DNA of 63,994 nucleotides, the filler included, from Octopus bimaculoides (Eukaryota), in the NCBI RefSeq assembly GCF_001194135.2. It is 5 parts of 5 records of this genome, joined end to end, with 100 filler letters (N's around TTAATTAATTAA, not from the genome) between each part and the next. Parts side by side here need not be neighbours in the genome. Positions count along the whole stretch, not along the records: positions 39,317 to 55,533 come from NC_068995.1; positions 55,634 to 61,382 come from NW_026440034.1; positions 61,483 to 63,994 come from NC_069006.1; 2 more parts are not named here. One strand, 5' to 3'. This document shows, one piece after another, positions 50,016 through 63,449 of the stretch. The notes under the pieces are model-generated. The model ran no database searches, was not told where the DNA came from, and worked only from the letters and a program-made list of their open reading frames with translations. The position numbers and the translations under genes were made by a program. How positions within the stretch are numbered: position 1 is the first letter of the stretch; the number at the start of each line of letters is the position of its first letter.

Positions 50016-50579
50016 ATGATGAGACACGTGTTATTTTGTCTCTAAATTATATGTTAATATTTGGCGTACCCACTGATGAGAACTTCGCCTAGCAAATTAT
50101 TTTATTTGCTAATTAAAGTTCGAAACCTAGGCCTGGCTGTAAAACATGGTAAATGTCTTTATTTTTCATTCCCTTCGAAATTGCTCTTAACTGTGGTTTT
50201 GGACTTTTGACTGTTCCTTCTAGCATGTAAGGCGGCCTGTTAAGTGTCACCTCTTTCTGTTTAAAAGTACACTACATTTATATGGAAAATATGTTGTTTA
50301 TCGACTTTTTATACATGCTAGGCCACTGGTAGAAAAATTTCTAAAATTTTGCTACCCTATATTATTTTAAGAATATGACTTGAGTAATTTCTGACGTTAG
50401 TCGACATTTTTTACACATATATACATGTATTTATATTTATACACACACACATATAATANNNNNNNNNNNNNNNNNNNNNNNNNNNNNNNNNNNNNNNNNN
50501 NNNNNNNNNNNNNNNNNNNNNNNNNNNNNNNNNNNNNNNNNNNNNNNNNNNNNNNNNNNNNNNNNNNNNNNNNNNNNNN

Positions 50580-50619
<40 letters not shown>

Positions 50620-51086
50620 TACTCGTGAGTGTGCATAAATGTGTGAGATACATGTGTTAATATATACGTACCTATACGCACGCTCACACACTTAGATTTA
50701 TATATATACGTAGAGCGAGACAGAGGTTAACTGATGTAGGTTTATATTTTTACTGGAAAAACAAACACAATTCCCCGTGTTGGTTGGGTTTTTTCCCCTC
50801 TCAAATCTTTCACTGACCTCTGAAAGTGTTATTCTCCTGACGATACAAATTTAACTTTTCCATTGACATTCAAAGCATTAACTTAAATATCTTCCCTTTC
50901 TTTTCACTTACATTTCATTTGGAATATTCCAACTCTCTCGGGATTGTTTCAATTTAAAATTTTCTACTCCATTAGCTAAACAGTTTAAGAGGCTTGTTTT
51001 GTATATTTTCGCTCTTTCTCTCTCTCTCTTTCTGCTTATCTCTCTCCTTCTGTTTTATATCCCTTTCTCTCTCTCTCTCTCTCTCA

Positions 51087-51145
<59 letters not shown>

Positions 51146-51320
51146 TCTATCTCTCTCTCCCGTTATAGTTTACGTTTGGATTTAATATAAATTCAATAAT
51201 AAAAAACAAAGAACGATTAATTGTCTTTAAATTGCATATATTGTCTGATATTAACTATTATATAGTTCTATGGGTTTTGGGTGGGGGCGGGTAGATTGGG
51301 TTCTGTTGTTTTTCTTTTAG

Positions 51321-51398
<78 letters not shown>

Positions 51399-51986
51399 AG
51401 TTTAATGTGTTTTTTATAATGCATTTATAGTAGGGCGAGGTGTAACGTTCTACTTTCTATGTTATGTGTCACTTACAATACATATATGCACACATCATGT
51501 AAGTTGCATTAAACACACAACTGCAGTGTTTCTTTAGCTGTCCTGGGACTAATGTATCTCTCATTTTTATTAGTGTCTATTTTAAGAGGTATTTGACGGC
51601 TGTATCTAACTGGCTTATTGACTACATAGTCGAAGTTTCACTCGGATCATGCTCGTTATTCTCATCGCCTTTTCAACAAATTTGTTGACAGACAGCACTT
51701 CTGACTCCACCCTCATTTTCTTTTCCAAATGTAAAGATTTAACCATGGCAGTCCTGAGAGCTGCAACAAATATTTGCAATACAGTAGGGTCTGCTAAAGA
51801 TATCCCAAAAACCATGTCGTCGGATAAAGTCCATTCTTCAAAAATATGTCACGTTACGGAACCAGAGACGAGTTTTATATCCCAATCAAAAGTGAGGTCT
51901 ACTTATAAAACTTGCGTTTATAACATGAACAGAATAGAAAGGTTTCGGCAGTAAAATATTACAAAGATATTTTGCAAATATGGTAA

Positions 51987-52410
51987 GGCGCAGGAGTGAC
52001 TGTGTGGTAAGTAACTTGCTTACCAACCACATGGTTCCGGGTTGATTCCCACTGCGTGGCACCTTGGGCAAGTGTCTTCTACTATAGCCTCGGGCTGACC
52101 AAAGCCTTGTGAGTGGATTTGGTAGACGGAAACTGAAAGAAGCCCGTCGTATATATGTATATGTATATANNNNNNNNNNTATATATATATATATGTATGT
52201 GTGTGTATATGTTTGTGTGTCTGTGTTTGTCCCCCCAACTTCGCTTGACAAGCGATGCTGGTGTGTTTACGTCTCCGTAACTTAGCGGTTCGGGAAAAAG
52301 ACACCGATAGAATAAGTACTAGGCTTACAAAGAATAAGTCCTGGGGTCGATTTGCTCGACTAAAGGCATCGCCGCAGTCAAATGATTGAAACAAGTAAAA
52401 GAGTAAAAGA
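51987..52410 (+). mobile_element. SINE family B, full length
   Basis: Same consensus; the internal TA tract contains a 10-N gap. Confidence 0.92.
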
Positions 52411-53997
52411 ATAAAAACAATAATAAACACTATGATTACGACCCAAAACCCAAGCAAACACAATCTAAATGTTATGAATACTACTGTAAAAAAAAAAAAA
52501 AAATTAAAAAGCTTTCTCGCCATTCAGTAGTAAACACTGAAGTGTTTGGTTTCGTCTTTAATCTGATAAATTAGTAAACATTCAAGCAGCTTTCTAATGT
52601 GTGGTGCTAAAACCTTCAATGATTTTTCTGAAAGGTAACATTAATAAAACGAATGCGTTTTGTATGATGCACGGTAAAAGCTAAAGTCGTATTCTGTTAT
52701 ACATGGGTGACTTTAAATGCCGCTATAAGGTGAGTTGGTGGAAATGAAAAAATGTTATTGTCTTAACGATAGAACTTTACAATCGGCTGCGAGATATATA
52801 ATGTGGGTCGTCGATATGAAGAACTTTTAATGTCATACAGAGATAACATAAAATTCTGCTGCGATGCCTAAACTCTATGTAGGTGAAAATAAAATTGCTT
52901 AAAGTGCCCTGGAGGTGTAAATCGTTAAAGCTTTTTATATGGAACAGTTATAAAAATCATTACGAAATCCGTGTATTATACGTGAACAGAAAGTCAGAAG
53001 ATATTGTGTCGCTCGGTATTAAAAACCTAAAATGTTTTTTTTGTTTATTTTTCTGATATAAGACAAAACCAAGAACAAAAGATTATTATATGGAAGGACA
53101 GTAAATATAAGGTTCTTTTTTTTTTCAATCATCTCCTTCCCCACAAAAACACTGCTTTTCATCGGTAAAGGTGAAATTGTTTGTTGCATCATGCAGTGAT
53201 AATAATTTGAAATATGTTAGATAAAGGTAAAGCCTAAATATCTTTTCTAAGAAGTTACATTTAAAAAATATAATACATAAATATACGTATGTGATATATT
53301 CTGGAACAGATGAAAAATTTCTCAGCGTATTGTAACAGAGAGACAGAGAAACATACGGAGTGGTAAAATGTCGGAAGGAATTTTTGTTTTACGGTATTTG
53401 TGTATAAGGCAAATGATATTATGGTATGTAGCGAGCAAAAACACTAAGGAACTCTATTGTAATGGAGCACTAAAAACTAAAAGCTTTTAGTTTTGTTTTT
53501 AGAATATTGTACTTAAAATGGATATCTTCTCAGTGTGTGTGAGAGGGGACAGTAAAACGAAAGTAAAAATGTACTAGTTGTCATGCAATGGTGAAAGTTA
53601 AAATATTTACTATTGAACTGCGGTAAAATGTATGATGTATTTTATTTTATTTATTTACTTATGTATCATTTCCGAAACCGGTGGAAGAAAACATAAAAAG
53701 CATAGCGTTAGTTCGAAAGAGAGATATATTATAAATTATAAAAAAAAAAAATACAACAAAAAAATTACATGTTGGTTTCGTCGAGAATTGAGCTCACAAC
53801 GCAATGAAGTGTAACAGAATATCTCATGACATGTTATCTGCCTGTGAAAATATCAGCAAAATCTGGCAACCTCGAAAGAGTTACATAACGAGGGACACTC
53901 CTCTCGCTCGATAACTTCAGGTTACGGGCCACTTAGGAAGAACAAACTCCAACTGTTGCATTTATTAAACTCTGACACTACAAAAAGCAAGGTATTA

Positions 53998-54055
53998 TAT
54001 TTATCTCTTTATTGCCCACAAGGGGAGGGGAATAAACATAGAGGGGAAACAAAAG
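53998..54055 (-). repeat. Isolated Tx1-type 3' tail remnant
   Basis: tatctctttattgcccacaagggg..aacatagaggggaaacaa matches the tails at 18974, 1149 and 21026. Confidence 0.55.
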
Positions 54056-54399
54056 ATATATTCAATTGTTTTTTTTTTCCTTTTTTTTTTTTAAAGGAAG
54101 TGACGACTTCTGTAAAGGCTGCTAACTTTTCAACCCAAGAGATCTTTCATTCCCAAGGCAACGACGGTTTTAAACTGGCCGACGGATTACTTCTGAAAAT
54201 AATTAATTTTCACAGCATCTACAGAGCCGTGAAGATGTTTGTAGATAAACAGTAGAATTAAGATTTAATCCTTGTAAACCTGTAAACACCCCATACACAC
54301 ACATGCACGCACACACACACACATGCACACACATACACTCCTCTGTCTATCTGTCTATCAGTCTGTCTGTCTGTCTGTCTCTCTCTTGCGCTTTCTCTC

Positions 54400-55010
54400 A
54401 CACGCTCAACATCAACAAAAATATTTCAAAAGCAATAAAAATTGAAATGTTAACTCATAACAGAAATATGGAAATTTTAAAAGAAAATTGCTTTTCCGCC
54501 ATTTGCCAACGCAGCACTGACGTGTTTTGCATCAACCTCCACCACAGGTTACAACTCCTCCGGAACCTGGCACATGCGATCCTCACTATGTCCTTAAGAC
54601 TATCTTCGAACACTACCTTGGTTTTGGCCATTAGCTCGGCATTGATGTTGCGGATCGAGCAATTGGCGTCTTTTTCAACCGCACCCCACACATAGGTAGT
54701 TCATAAGATTACAACTGGGGTAAGAAGGAAGCCAGAAATTGGGGCTGATGAAGTCGTAAAAATTCTCCGAGAACCACATCTAGCTTCTTCTGGATGAATG
54801 GCAAGGAACCGAATCCTGCAGCCAGATATATGGCCTCCTAGAAGCAATTCTCTACAGTCAGGGTTTGACCAGTCTCCAGTAGTTTCACATAGACTTCTGA
54901 ATTAAGCCAATGCCCTGTTAATCAGTTGTTGGATTAATTCCGGTGTGTAGACGCACTCAGAATGACTGCTGTATCCCTTCCTGCCTGCTTTGTCCCTTCC
55001 GTAGTCTCCA
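54400..55010 (-). mobile_element. Decayed DD37D (maT) Tc1/mariner element
   Basis: QDSVPCHSSRRS*MWFSENF(fs)YDFISPNFWLPSYPSCNLMNY..WGAVEKDAN..AELMAK; 37 residues between the second Asp and the third (mutated to Asn) position. Confidence 0.8.
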
Positions 55011-55477
55011 TTGCAGCTGTGCATTTTCTGTCTTACATCCTTTACAATGTGTACAGAACATTGAGTTAACGACAGTGAAGATGTTGGCACTTTGATACCC
55101 GGTGCAAATCATCATGATACTTGTAATACTTTTCCAATATTCAGACGGCTTCAAGTCTTCTATGTCAGCTAACGTTTTCTCAACTACAGCTAATAAGTAC
55201 TATGCTCTCCAACGCCGCTGACTGTTGAACTATATGAAACTCCTCCTGAAAAAAAAAAAAATGGAGGCCTAAAAAATCGTCAAATTTAGCCCGAAACATC
55301 CTGTATACATATCACAGAAAACAGCATTCTGGGTACTGCAAATATATTACGAAGATTCTTTATAATGGAACGGAAAACGCATAACAAAAGAAAATATTAC
55401 ATAATACCCAAGGCACATAAACATGGAGCAGTACTGTGAAAGAATGTAATAAAAATGAACCTATTAAATATAATAAC

Positions 55478-55533
<56 letters not shown>

Positions 55534-55633
55534 NNNNNNNNNNNNNNNNNNNNNNNNNNNNNNNNNNNNNNNNNNNNTTAATTAATTAANNNNNNNNNNN
55601 NNNNNNNNNNNNNNNNNNNNNNNNNNNNNNNNN
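55534..55633. other. Assembly spacer: 44 N + TTAATTAATTAA + 44 N
   Basis: 12-mer at 55578-55589. Confidence 0.9.
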
Positions 55634-58059
55634 ACACACACACACACACACACACACACAATCACACACACACACACACACCTGCGTGCGCACAATAGAA
55701 AGCTCTACCCCGTTCACTATGAAGTTATTCTCCTTACTATGATAACACAAAAAAATAATATAAATGTAAGTTACAATAATAATAAGAAGAAGAATGATTT
55801 CTTTTATGATACCTAAGAAGAAATATAATCATAATAATGTGCCCGAGACAAGGGTGGCAGGAAGGCACAATGGCACAGCGAGGGTGATTTGTGTCGTTAA
55901 CGGACATTTTCCTAAGTGTGAAACTAATCGGTTTTGGACGCCAATTTTGAACACAACAGAACTCAGGGAGGTGGTCGGGTCACCGGTGGTGAAGAAAACG
56001 CGCAAATCTAACACACGCACACATACCAAACACACGCGCACGTACACACGTAAATATGCATATATATGTACGTATATATATATATTTGCATATATAAACA
56101 TATACATACACACACACACACACAAACACATATATACTTTTGTATATGAGTAAATGAACGCATGTCTATATAAATATATATATATATATATTATTTTGTT
56201 TAAAAGAGTTCCAACACTGTCTGTTTTTTATGTTTTATTTATATTCCTGCAGAACCAATGTGGGGTATAGAATATGGAATATACAATATATAATATAATA
56301 TACAATATATAATATAAAATAAAATAAAATAAAAATGGATGGCACCATGAAAGAAAGTATTGAATGTAGATGAAATATTGAGTGTTCAATATAAAGGATC
56401 AAATATATAAATATATAAATATAAATATATAAAGGCGACTCGAGTTTCAGGGCTATTTCCCTTCGTCATGGCCGGTAGAGACATACATATATGTATATAC
56501 ACATATATAAATGNNNNNNNNNNNNNNNNNNNNNNNNNNNNNNNNNNNNNNNNNNNNNNNNNNNNNNNNNNNNNNNNNNNNNNNNNNNNNNNNNNNNNNN
56601 NNNNNNNNNNNNNNNNNNNNNNNNNNNNNNNNNNNNNNNNNNNNNNNNNNNNNNNNNNNNNNNNNNNNNNNNNNNNNNNNNNNNNNNNNNNNNNNNNNNN
56701 NNNNNNNNNNNNNNNNNNNNNNNNNNNNNNNNNNNNNNNNNNNNNNNNNNNNNNNNNNNNNNNNNNNNNNNNNNNNNNNNNNNNNNNNNNNNNNNNNNNN
56801 NNNNNNNNNNNNNNNNNNNNNNNNNNNNNNNNNNNNNNNNNNNNNNNNNNNNNNNNNNNNNNNNNNNNNNNNNNNNNNNNNNNNNNNNNNNNNNNNNNNN
56901 NNNNNNNNNNNNNNNNNNNNNNNNNNNNNNNNNNNNNNNNNNNNNNNNNNNNNNNNNNNNNNNNNNNNNNNNNNNNNNNNNNNNNNNNNNNNNNNNNNNN
57001 NNNNNNNNNNNNNNNNNNNNNNNNNNNNNNNNNNNNNNNNNNNNNNNNNNNNNNNNNNNNNNNNNNNNNNNNNNNNNNNNNNNNNNNNNNNNNNNNNNNN
57101 NNNNNNNNNNNNNNNNNNNNNNNNNNNNNNNNNNNNNNNNNNNNNNNNNNNNNNNNNNNNNNNNNNNNNNNNNNNNNNNNNNNNNNNNNNNNNNNNNNNN
57201 NNNNNNNNNNNNNNNNNNNNNNNNNNNNNNNNNNNNNNNNNNNNNNNNNNNNNNNNNNNNNNNNNNNNNNNNNNNNNNNNNNNNNNNNNNNNNNNNNNNN
57301 NNNNNNNNNNNNNNNNNNNNNNNNNNNNNNNNNNNNNNNNNNNNNNNNNNNNNNNNNNNNNNNNNNNNNNNNNNNNNNNNNNNNNNNNNNNNNNNNNNNN
57401 NNNNNNNNNNNNNNNNNNNNNNNNNNNNNNNNNNNNNNNNNNNNNNNNNNNNNNNNNNNNNNNNNNNNNNNNNNNNNNNNNNNNNNNNNNNNNNNNNCCC
57501 TGCTACTTGCTTGACAACAGGGGCCCATGCAACAAAATATTAAATTGGGGACCCGCAACAACATTTTAAGGACCCCTGAAATTTTTTTGCTTTAGATGTA
57601 GGTATTGGTATGTATTGCAAGGAACAACCAGGTTTCTTTCTCTATCATTTTCCATTATTCAACCTACACAAGTTTGTGTGTGGAAAACAAATTAGGAATT
57701 TTGGAAGAAGTTTCTATAAAACTATTTTCAAACTTCAGTCATTGTGAATCTTTTACAAGCTGATTACACACCTTGAACGTAACCCCTATAGATGCATTGC
57801 AGTTACTCTCTTGATAAAGATTGGTGATCTTGACTGTTGATCTTCAAGGATTCCTCTGCTCAGCATCAATGTAAGAAGCACTATTGACTCAGTTGAGCTC
57901 TTCCGCTACCTTTTTACAGCCCACCATGTTACAGTCCCGTGACTTCGCCATATCTTTCCTTAGCGAAGTGGCTCAACGGTTGTTATACCTTGCCAAAGGA
58001 CCACTCAAGACTAACTATGCAGGGACACGGTCGTCATTCTGTGAGCTATTTCTCAAGGT

Positions 58060-58292
58060 ATCTACATACCCAAATAGCGACGGAAAGTCGCATGTAAGTA
58101 ACCGAGATCTCAACATTGCTCTTTCAACGAGACACCAGTACGTGGTAAAGATAACACAGTTACAGCTGGGTGAACCGAACCCATGCGAAATTAAGTGTTT
58201 TACTTAAGAACCCAAAGCATCGCCCGGGCTCGGATTTGACGCCACGATCTTCCCATCGTGAAAGCATCACCATTTCGACTAGGCTATGCTCC
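58060..58292 (-). mobile_element. Diverged tRNA-derived SINE
   Basis: Reverse complement shows an A-box-like gcctagtcgaaatgg, a B-box-like gtcaaatcc, ttcttaagtaaaacact and ttcacccagctgtaa. Confidence 0.5.
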
Positions 58293-58754
58293 TTCACGGG
58301 TACACGAGCAGGCCCTTTAATTAGAAAAATGAATGAATACATAAATATATAAATGAATGAGTGAATGAATGAATGCTCATATCACGAGCTCTTTATTCAG
58401 CTCTTTTATTCAAAGGAAGGATTTTTCTTCAGTGGGAAAAGAAGGCCTCTGCCTCAGATCCACGTTCTCCTTTCTTTAAACTTTATTCAACAATATTAAT
58501 TAACAAAGGTCGCCTAGGTGACAGATATGGAAGAACACTGGTCGTTAAGACTTGCCTAATTATTTTTTTTTTACAGGTTTTATTAATCTTTTTTTTTTTC
58601 ATTTTTGTGTCGTTTATTATAAATTTTATTGTATTATCATTATTATTATTTCAATTAAAAATTTTTTAATTAAATGTTTAATTAATTTTTTGTTGCAATA
58701 TTTTTCAATTAACTTATAAAATTAATTAAAATAAATAGTCGATTATTATTATTA

Positions 58755-58786
<32 letters not shown>

Positions 58787-60100
58787 GAGGTGGTGAGNNN
58801 NNNNNNNNNNNNNNNNNNNNNNNNNNNNNNNNNNNNNNNNNNNNNNNNNNNNNNNNNNNNNNNNNNNNNNNNNNNNNNNNNNNNNNNNNNNNNNNNNNNN
58901 NNNNNNNNNNNNNNNNNNNNNNNNNNNNNNNNNNNNNNNNNNNNNNNNNNNNNNNNNNNNNNNNNNNNNNNNNNNNNNNNNNNNNNNNNNNNNNNNNNNN
59001 NNNNNNNNNNNNNNNNNNNNNNNNNNNNNNNNNNNNNNNNNNNNNNNNNNNNNNNNNNNNNNNNNNNNNNNNNNNNNNNNNNNNNNNNNNNNNNNNNNNN
59101 NNNNNNNNNNNNNNNNNNNNNNNAGTTGCTGGATTGGCAGAATCGTGAAAGTATCCTTCAAAATATCTTACCCCAATTAGTTACGGTGTTTTACACCACG
59201 AGTTCAATCCCTCTAAAGCCAACTTTGCCATTCCACTTCCCGAGGTCGGAAAACAATAAGAACGGAATCCCAGTTTAACACTTCTTTGGCCCTTTTTATT
59301 TTCTTGAAGCTCAGGACTAAAGAAGCTGATTACCGGGTTTTCATTGTGGATAAACGACCGGTTGTGAAGCGTTGATGGTGGGGGAGAAACACATGTACAA
59401 AGGCACACAGACACAAACACATACACACACATATATACGCACACTCACTCAGACATGCACTTACATGCACACACACACACACACACATATATATCAACTG
59501 GAACCCTCGTCGGCGTAACCGACGGAGTGCCAACGATTGTGATATCTAACCAGATATGCAGGGAATGGCATTGAACATTTTGGGTATCACAGTACTCCCA
59601 AATTGCTGAGCCTGCGACCGTTATTGGCACTGGATATCTCGCCCTGGCGTGTCTCTGGATCATGTCAATAGGTTGGAGAGTATTTTTGAGGATCCGTGAA
59701 AGCATTATTGGACAAAAAGTTTTATGCTGTGCAATCGCAAGCAAGGCGACCATCCGATGCCTGGTTAAGTAGCAGGTCGTTGCGGCTGTCATGAAACACA
59801 CGATCACGAAAGGGGATCATGAAAGGCGTAAACTCGGGTGAAGCCGACCATAGATGTAATAACGTCATGCATAGGAATTGCTGGCATTTTGCACGGGAAA
59901 TGGTTAACCACCACACACATTTTTTCTCTCTTCTTGTTTCTCTCGTTGTTTCTTTCTGTGTTCCTTTCTGTGGAAGAGCGTAGGCTTGAAACGTTAATGA
60001 CTTTTTTCAATTCCCGACCATTATACTAATAGATCTGTTTGTTTTCTACACTACCTGTCTTCGTCTGTTGTTTTTTTGTGAATTCTCTCTATATACATAC

Positions 60101-60180
<80 letters not shown>

Positions 60181-61382
60181 NNNNNNNNNNNNNNNNNNNN
60201 NNNNNNNNNNNNNNNNNNNNNNNNNNNNNNNNNNNNNNNNNNNNNNNNNNNNNNNNNNNNNNNNNNNNNNNNNNNNNNNNNNNNNNNNNNNNNNNNNNNN
60301 NNNNNNNNNNNNNNNNNNNNNNNNNNNNNNNNNNNNNNNNNNNNNNNNNNNNNNNNNNNNNNNNNNNNNNNNNNNNNNNNNNNNNNNNNNNNNNNNNNNN
60401 NNNNNNNNNNNNNNNNNNNNNNNNNNNNNNNNNNNNNNNNNNNNNNNNNNNNNNNNNNNNNNNNNNNNNNNNNNNNNNNNNNNNNNNNNNNNNNNNNNNN
60501 NNNNNNNNNNNNNNNNTATATATATATATATATATACATACATACATATATATATACATACATATACATACATATATATATACATACATATACATACACA
60601 TACATATACATACATATATATATACATACATATACATACACATACATATACATACACATACATATACATACACATACATACACATACATATACATACACA
60701 TACATATACATATATATATATATATACATACAATTGTAAATATAGTTAAAATGTGTATTTGTTGCGTTTATATATGTATAAACGCATATACGAACGAAAA
60801 AATACCGCAAATGTAGGGTCAAATATCAAACATTTATAATAATTTTATTGACAATAACTTCAAACGTAATGAATAAGTGCTTAGGGAGTGAATAGGATGT
60901 TAGGTACAAAATATTGTCATAATTTTCCACTGCTTTCTGCTGCTGTTGTTTTTTTAATGACATAAAACCAAATGAGCCACCACCTTGATAATAACAACAA
61001 CAATAATGATAATAATGCTGATGATGATGACGATAGCAATTGTAACAATATACAAGATCATATTTTGACGAAAGAAAGGAAACATTTTCTTTTTTAAGAG
61101 AAAAAAAAAATTTCTATAGAAATATCCGCCCTTTCTGCGTCATCCTTTTAAAGGTTAGATATAGCAATAAGATATCTCATAAATCACTTCCAATCGGTTG
61201 GAAAATGGCGGTATTTCAAACTATCATATAAATCGTGATATTTGATACACGGTGACTGAGATAAGAATACGTGGTGATCGTGGCCGGAACTGTTTGGGGG
61301 ATAGGTTCAATCAGGCCTGCCCTAGGGCCATACACACACATTCTCACACACATACACACACATGTACATACATACATATATA

Positions 61383-61482
61383 NNNNNNNNNNNNNNNNNN
61401 NNNNNNNNNNNNNNNNNNNNNNNNNNTTAATTAATTAANNNNNNNNNNNNNNNNNNNNNNNNNNNNNNNNNNNNNNNNNNNN
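61383..61482. other. Assembly spacer: 44 N + TTAATTAATTAA + 44 N
   Basis: 12-mer at 61427-61438. Confidence 0.9.
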
Positions 61483-61513
<31 letters not shown>

Positions 61514-62265
61514 CATATATATATGTATATACAATTGTGTCTGGGGAGAGTTATTTTCTTTTCTGCTTTATAATTTTAACAAACTCACCGGTAAAATTTC
61601 CACTTATTTTTATTTTCCTAAAGTTTTCCTTGCATCTTGCAACATTTTCAATAGTCTTGACTCCGCCGTTATTTACACTGCGTTCCTTTTTGTCTGTTTG
61701 TGCGCATGTGAGTGGCTCAGTGTGTGTGTCTGTGTGCCTATGCATGCATGCATGTATACATGCATGCATATATGTATATGTGTGCATCTGTATGTATGTA
61801 TTCTGCATATGCATGTGCTTGCATGTCCGTATTTGTGTATTTTTATGTATGTGTGTGTATGTCCGTGTGTTTGTATATGTATGCACCTCTGTCTCCTTGT
61901 GTGTGCATGTCTGAGTGTGTTTGTGTTTTGCAACTATGTACCGTGTTTGTATGTATGGATGTGCATCTCCATATTTGTGGACACGTGTCTCCATATGTGT
62001 CCTTGTATGAAGTAAAGAGTGTGTGTGTATATGGTCATGTATTTCACTCTCCATTTGCGTATGTGTGCTTGTCTGTTCATATAACCTATGAACCTATTCG
62101 TCTGCATGTTGATCTGTTTATTTTCATATCCATATGCTTACATACATGTGCATATACACATATATACATACACCTCCACACACACACATACAGCTATCTA
62201 CATAACAGCCCACTAACTATTCTACTCTACCTGTGTAAACTGTGGGTGTGGATGTATGATATCTA

Positions 62266-62690
62266 CTATGTATATTTCCTATTTAGTATTGGGGAAGTTT
62301 CCTTTATAAGGACGTACTCCCGTATTTGTCTGAGTGATGGGTCTTTTGGGTGCTTGGATAAGATGCGGATGTCAAGTTGACCCAAGTTGCCTCCATGTTT
62401 GTCTTTGGTAGAGTATGGAGGACTGTTTCTTGTCATCATATTGTCTCAGATGTTCATATAGTCGTTCCGCACTGCGCCTAGATGTCTCCCCTGTGTATGT
62501 CATCTTCATTTCTTTACAAGCACCTTCTATGCATCTTATGCTATAAACTACATTTCTAGTTCTACATTTGATGTCAGGGCTAATACTACATATCATGCAG
62601 TTATCATTGGTGCATATGGTATTCTGAAAGGGGTACGTCCTACGTAGTTGTGCTCTAACTGATTTCCCTGGCTTTTCAACAATCTTAATT
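62266..62690 (-). mobile_element. Penelope-like element GIY-YIG endonuclease fragment
   Basis: IKIVEKPG..CTNDNCMIC..CRTRNVVYSIRC..C..YTGETSRRSAERLYEH..(fs)..DPSLRQIREYVLI..PILNRKYT*: Cys-rich linker plus GIY-YIG motifs. Confidence 0.85.
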
Positions 62691-63182
62691 TTAGATAAAT
62701 ATATGGATAGATTAAACGATATTAATTACCTTAAATTATGGAATAGTACTATAGATACTTTTAAATGGTTTAATAATATTAAAGATAAAAATAGATATAA
62801 ATTTATTCAAATAGATATAGATAATTATTATTCTTCCATTAATGAGATTGTACTTAATAAGGCCCTAATTTATGCAATGAAGAAGGTAGGTAAAATGGCT
62901 AGGAAATCGTTGATTAAATATAATACTAAACTGTGGGCTAGGAAGGACACTAGGGACTATTTTGATATACCAATGGGGGCACCCGATTCAGCACAGGTAA
63001 CTGATTTAGTAGGTATATATTTATTATCAGAACTTCAATTGGAAAACTTAAAATTGGAGGGTGGTTTATATAGGGATCACCTTTTATTACTAACTAAGAA
63101 TTGCACGAATAGAACACTAGAATTATATAAGAGACTATATTTCTATTTTAAAAGAAATGGTTTAACGATTACTATTACCGAA
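62688..63182 (+). mobile_element. Penelope-like element reverse transcriptase fragment
   Basis: LWNST..WFNNIKDK..FIQIDIDNYYSSI..ARKSL..FDIPMGAPDSAQVTDLVGIYLL..GLYRDHLL (YRDD with the second Asp mutated)..FKRNGLTITI. Confidence 0.85.
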
Positions 63183-63249
63183 CTATATCAGCGACCCCTC
63201 TCCACGTCACTGATATTATCCATGGGAAAGGTAAAAGCCGATACAGCTT

Positions 63250-63410
63250 GAAACCAGTGGCCTTGCAACTCATTTCTACAGCTAAGGGAACCGGCGTAAT
63301 GTGAGATAATGTATCTTGCTGAAGAACACAATACACAATCTGGTCCTGGATTTGAATTCACTAACTCATAAATTTTGAGCCCGATGCTCTAATCACTGAG
63401 TCGTGCGCAT
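63250..63410 (-). mobile_element. Diverged SINE 5' part
   Basis: Reverse complement: gactcagtgattag (A-box-like), gaattcaaatcc (B-box-like), ttcttcagcaagatac. Confidence 0.5.
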
Positions 63411-63416
63411 TTACAT

Positions 63417-63449
<33 letters not shown>

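Noticed and set aside
50912-50975. 64-nt phase 1-2 exon-like segment (NGVENFKLKQSRESWNIPNE, donor gtaagt)
   Set aside because: It lacks the SPxYP motif and lies upstream of the proposed ATG exon; could be a UTR exon or chance. Needs RNA-seq.
51615-51954. Overlapping 66-aa and 101-aa ORFs in unique sequence
   Set aside because: No domain, motif or splice context recognised.
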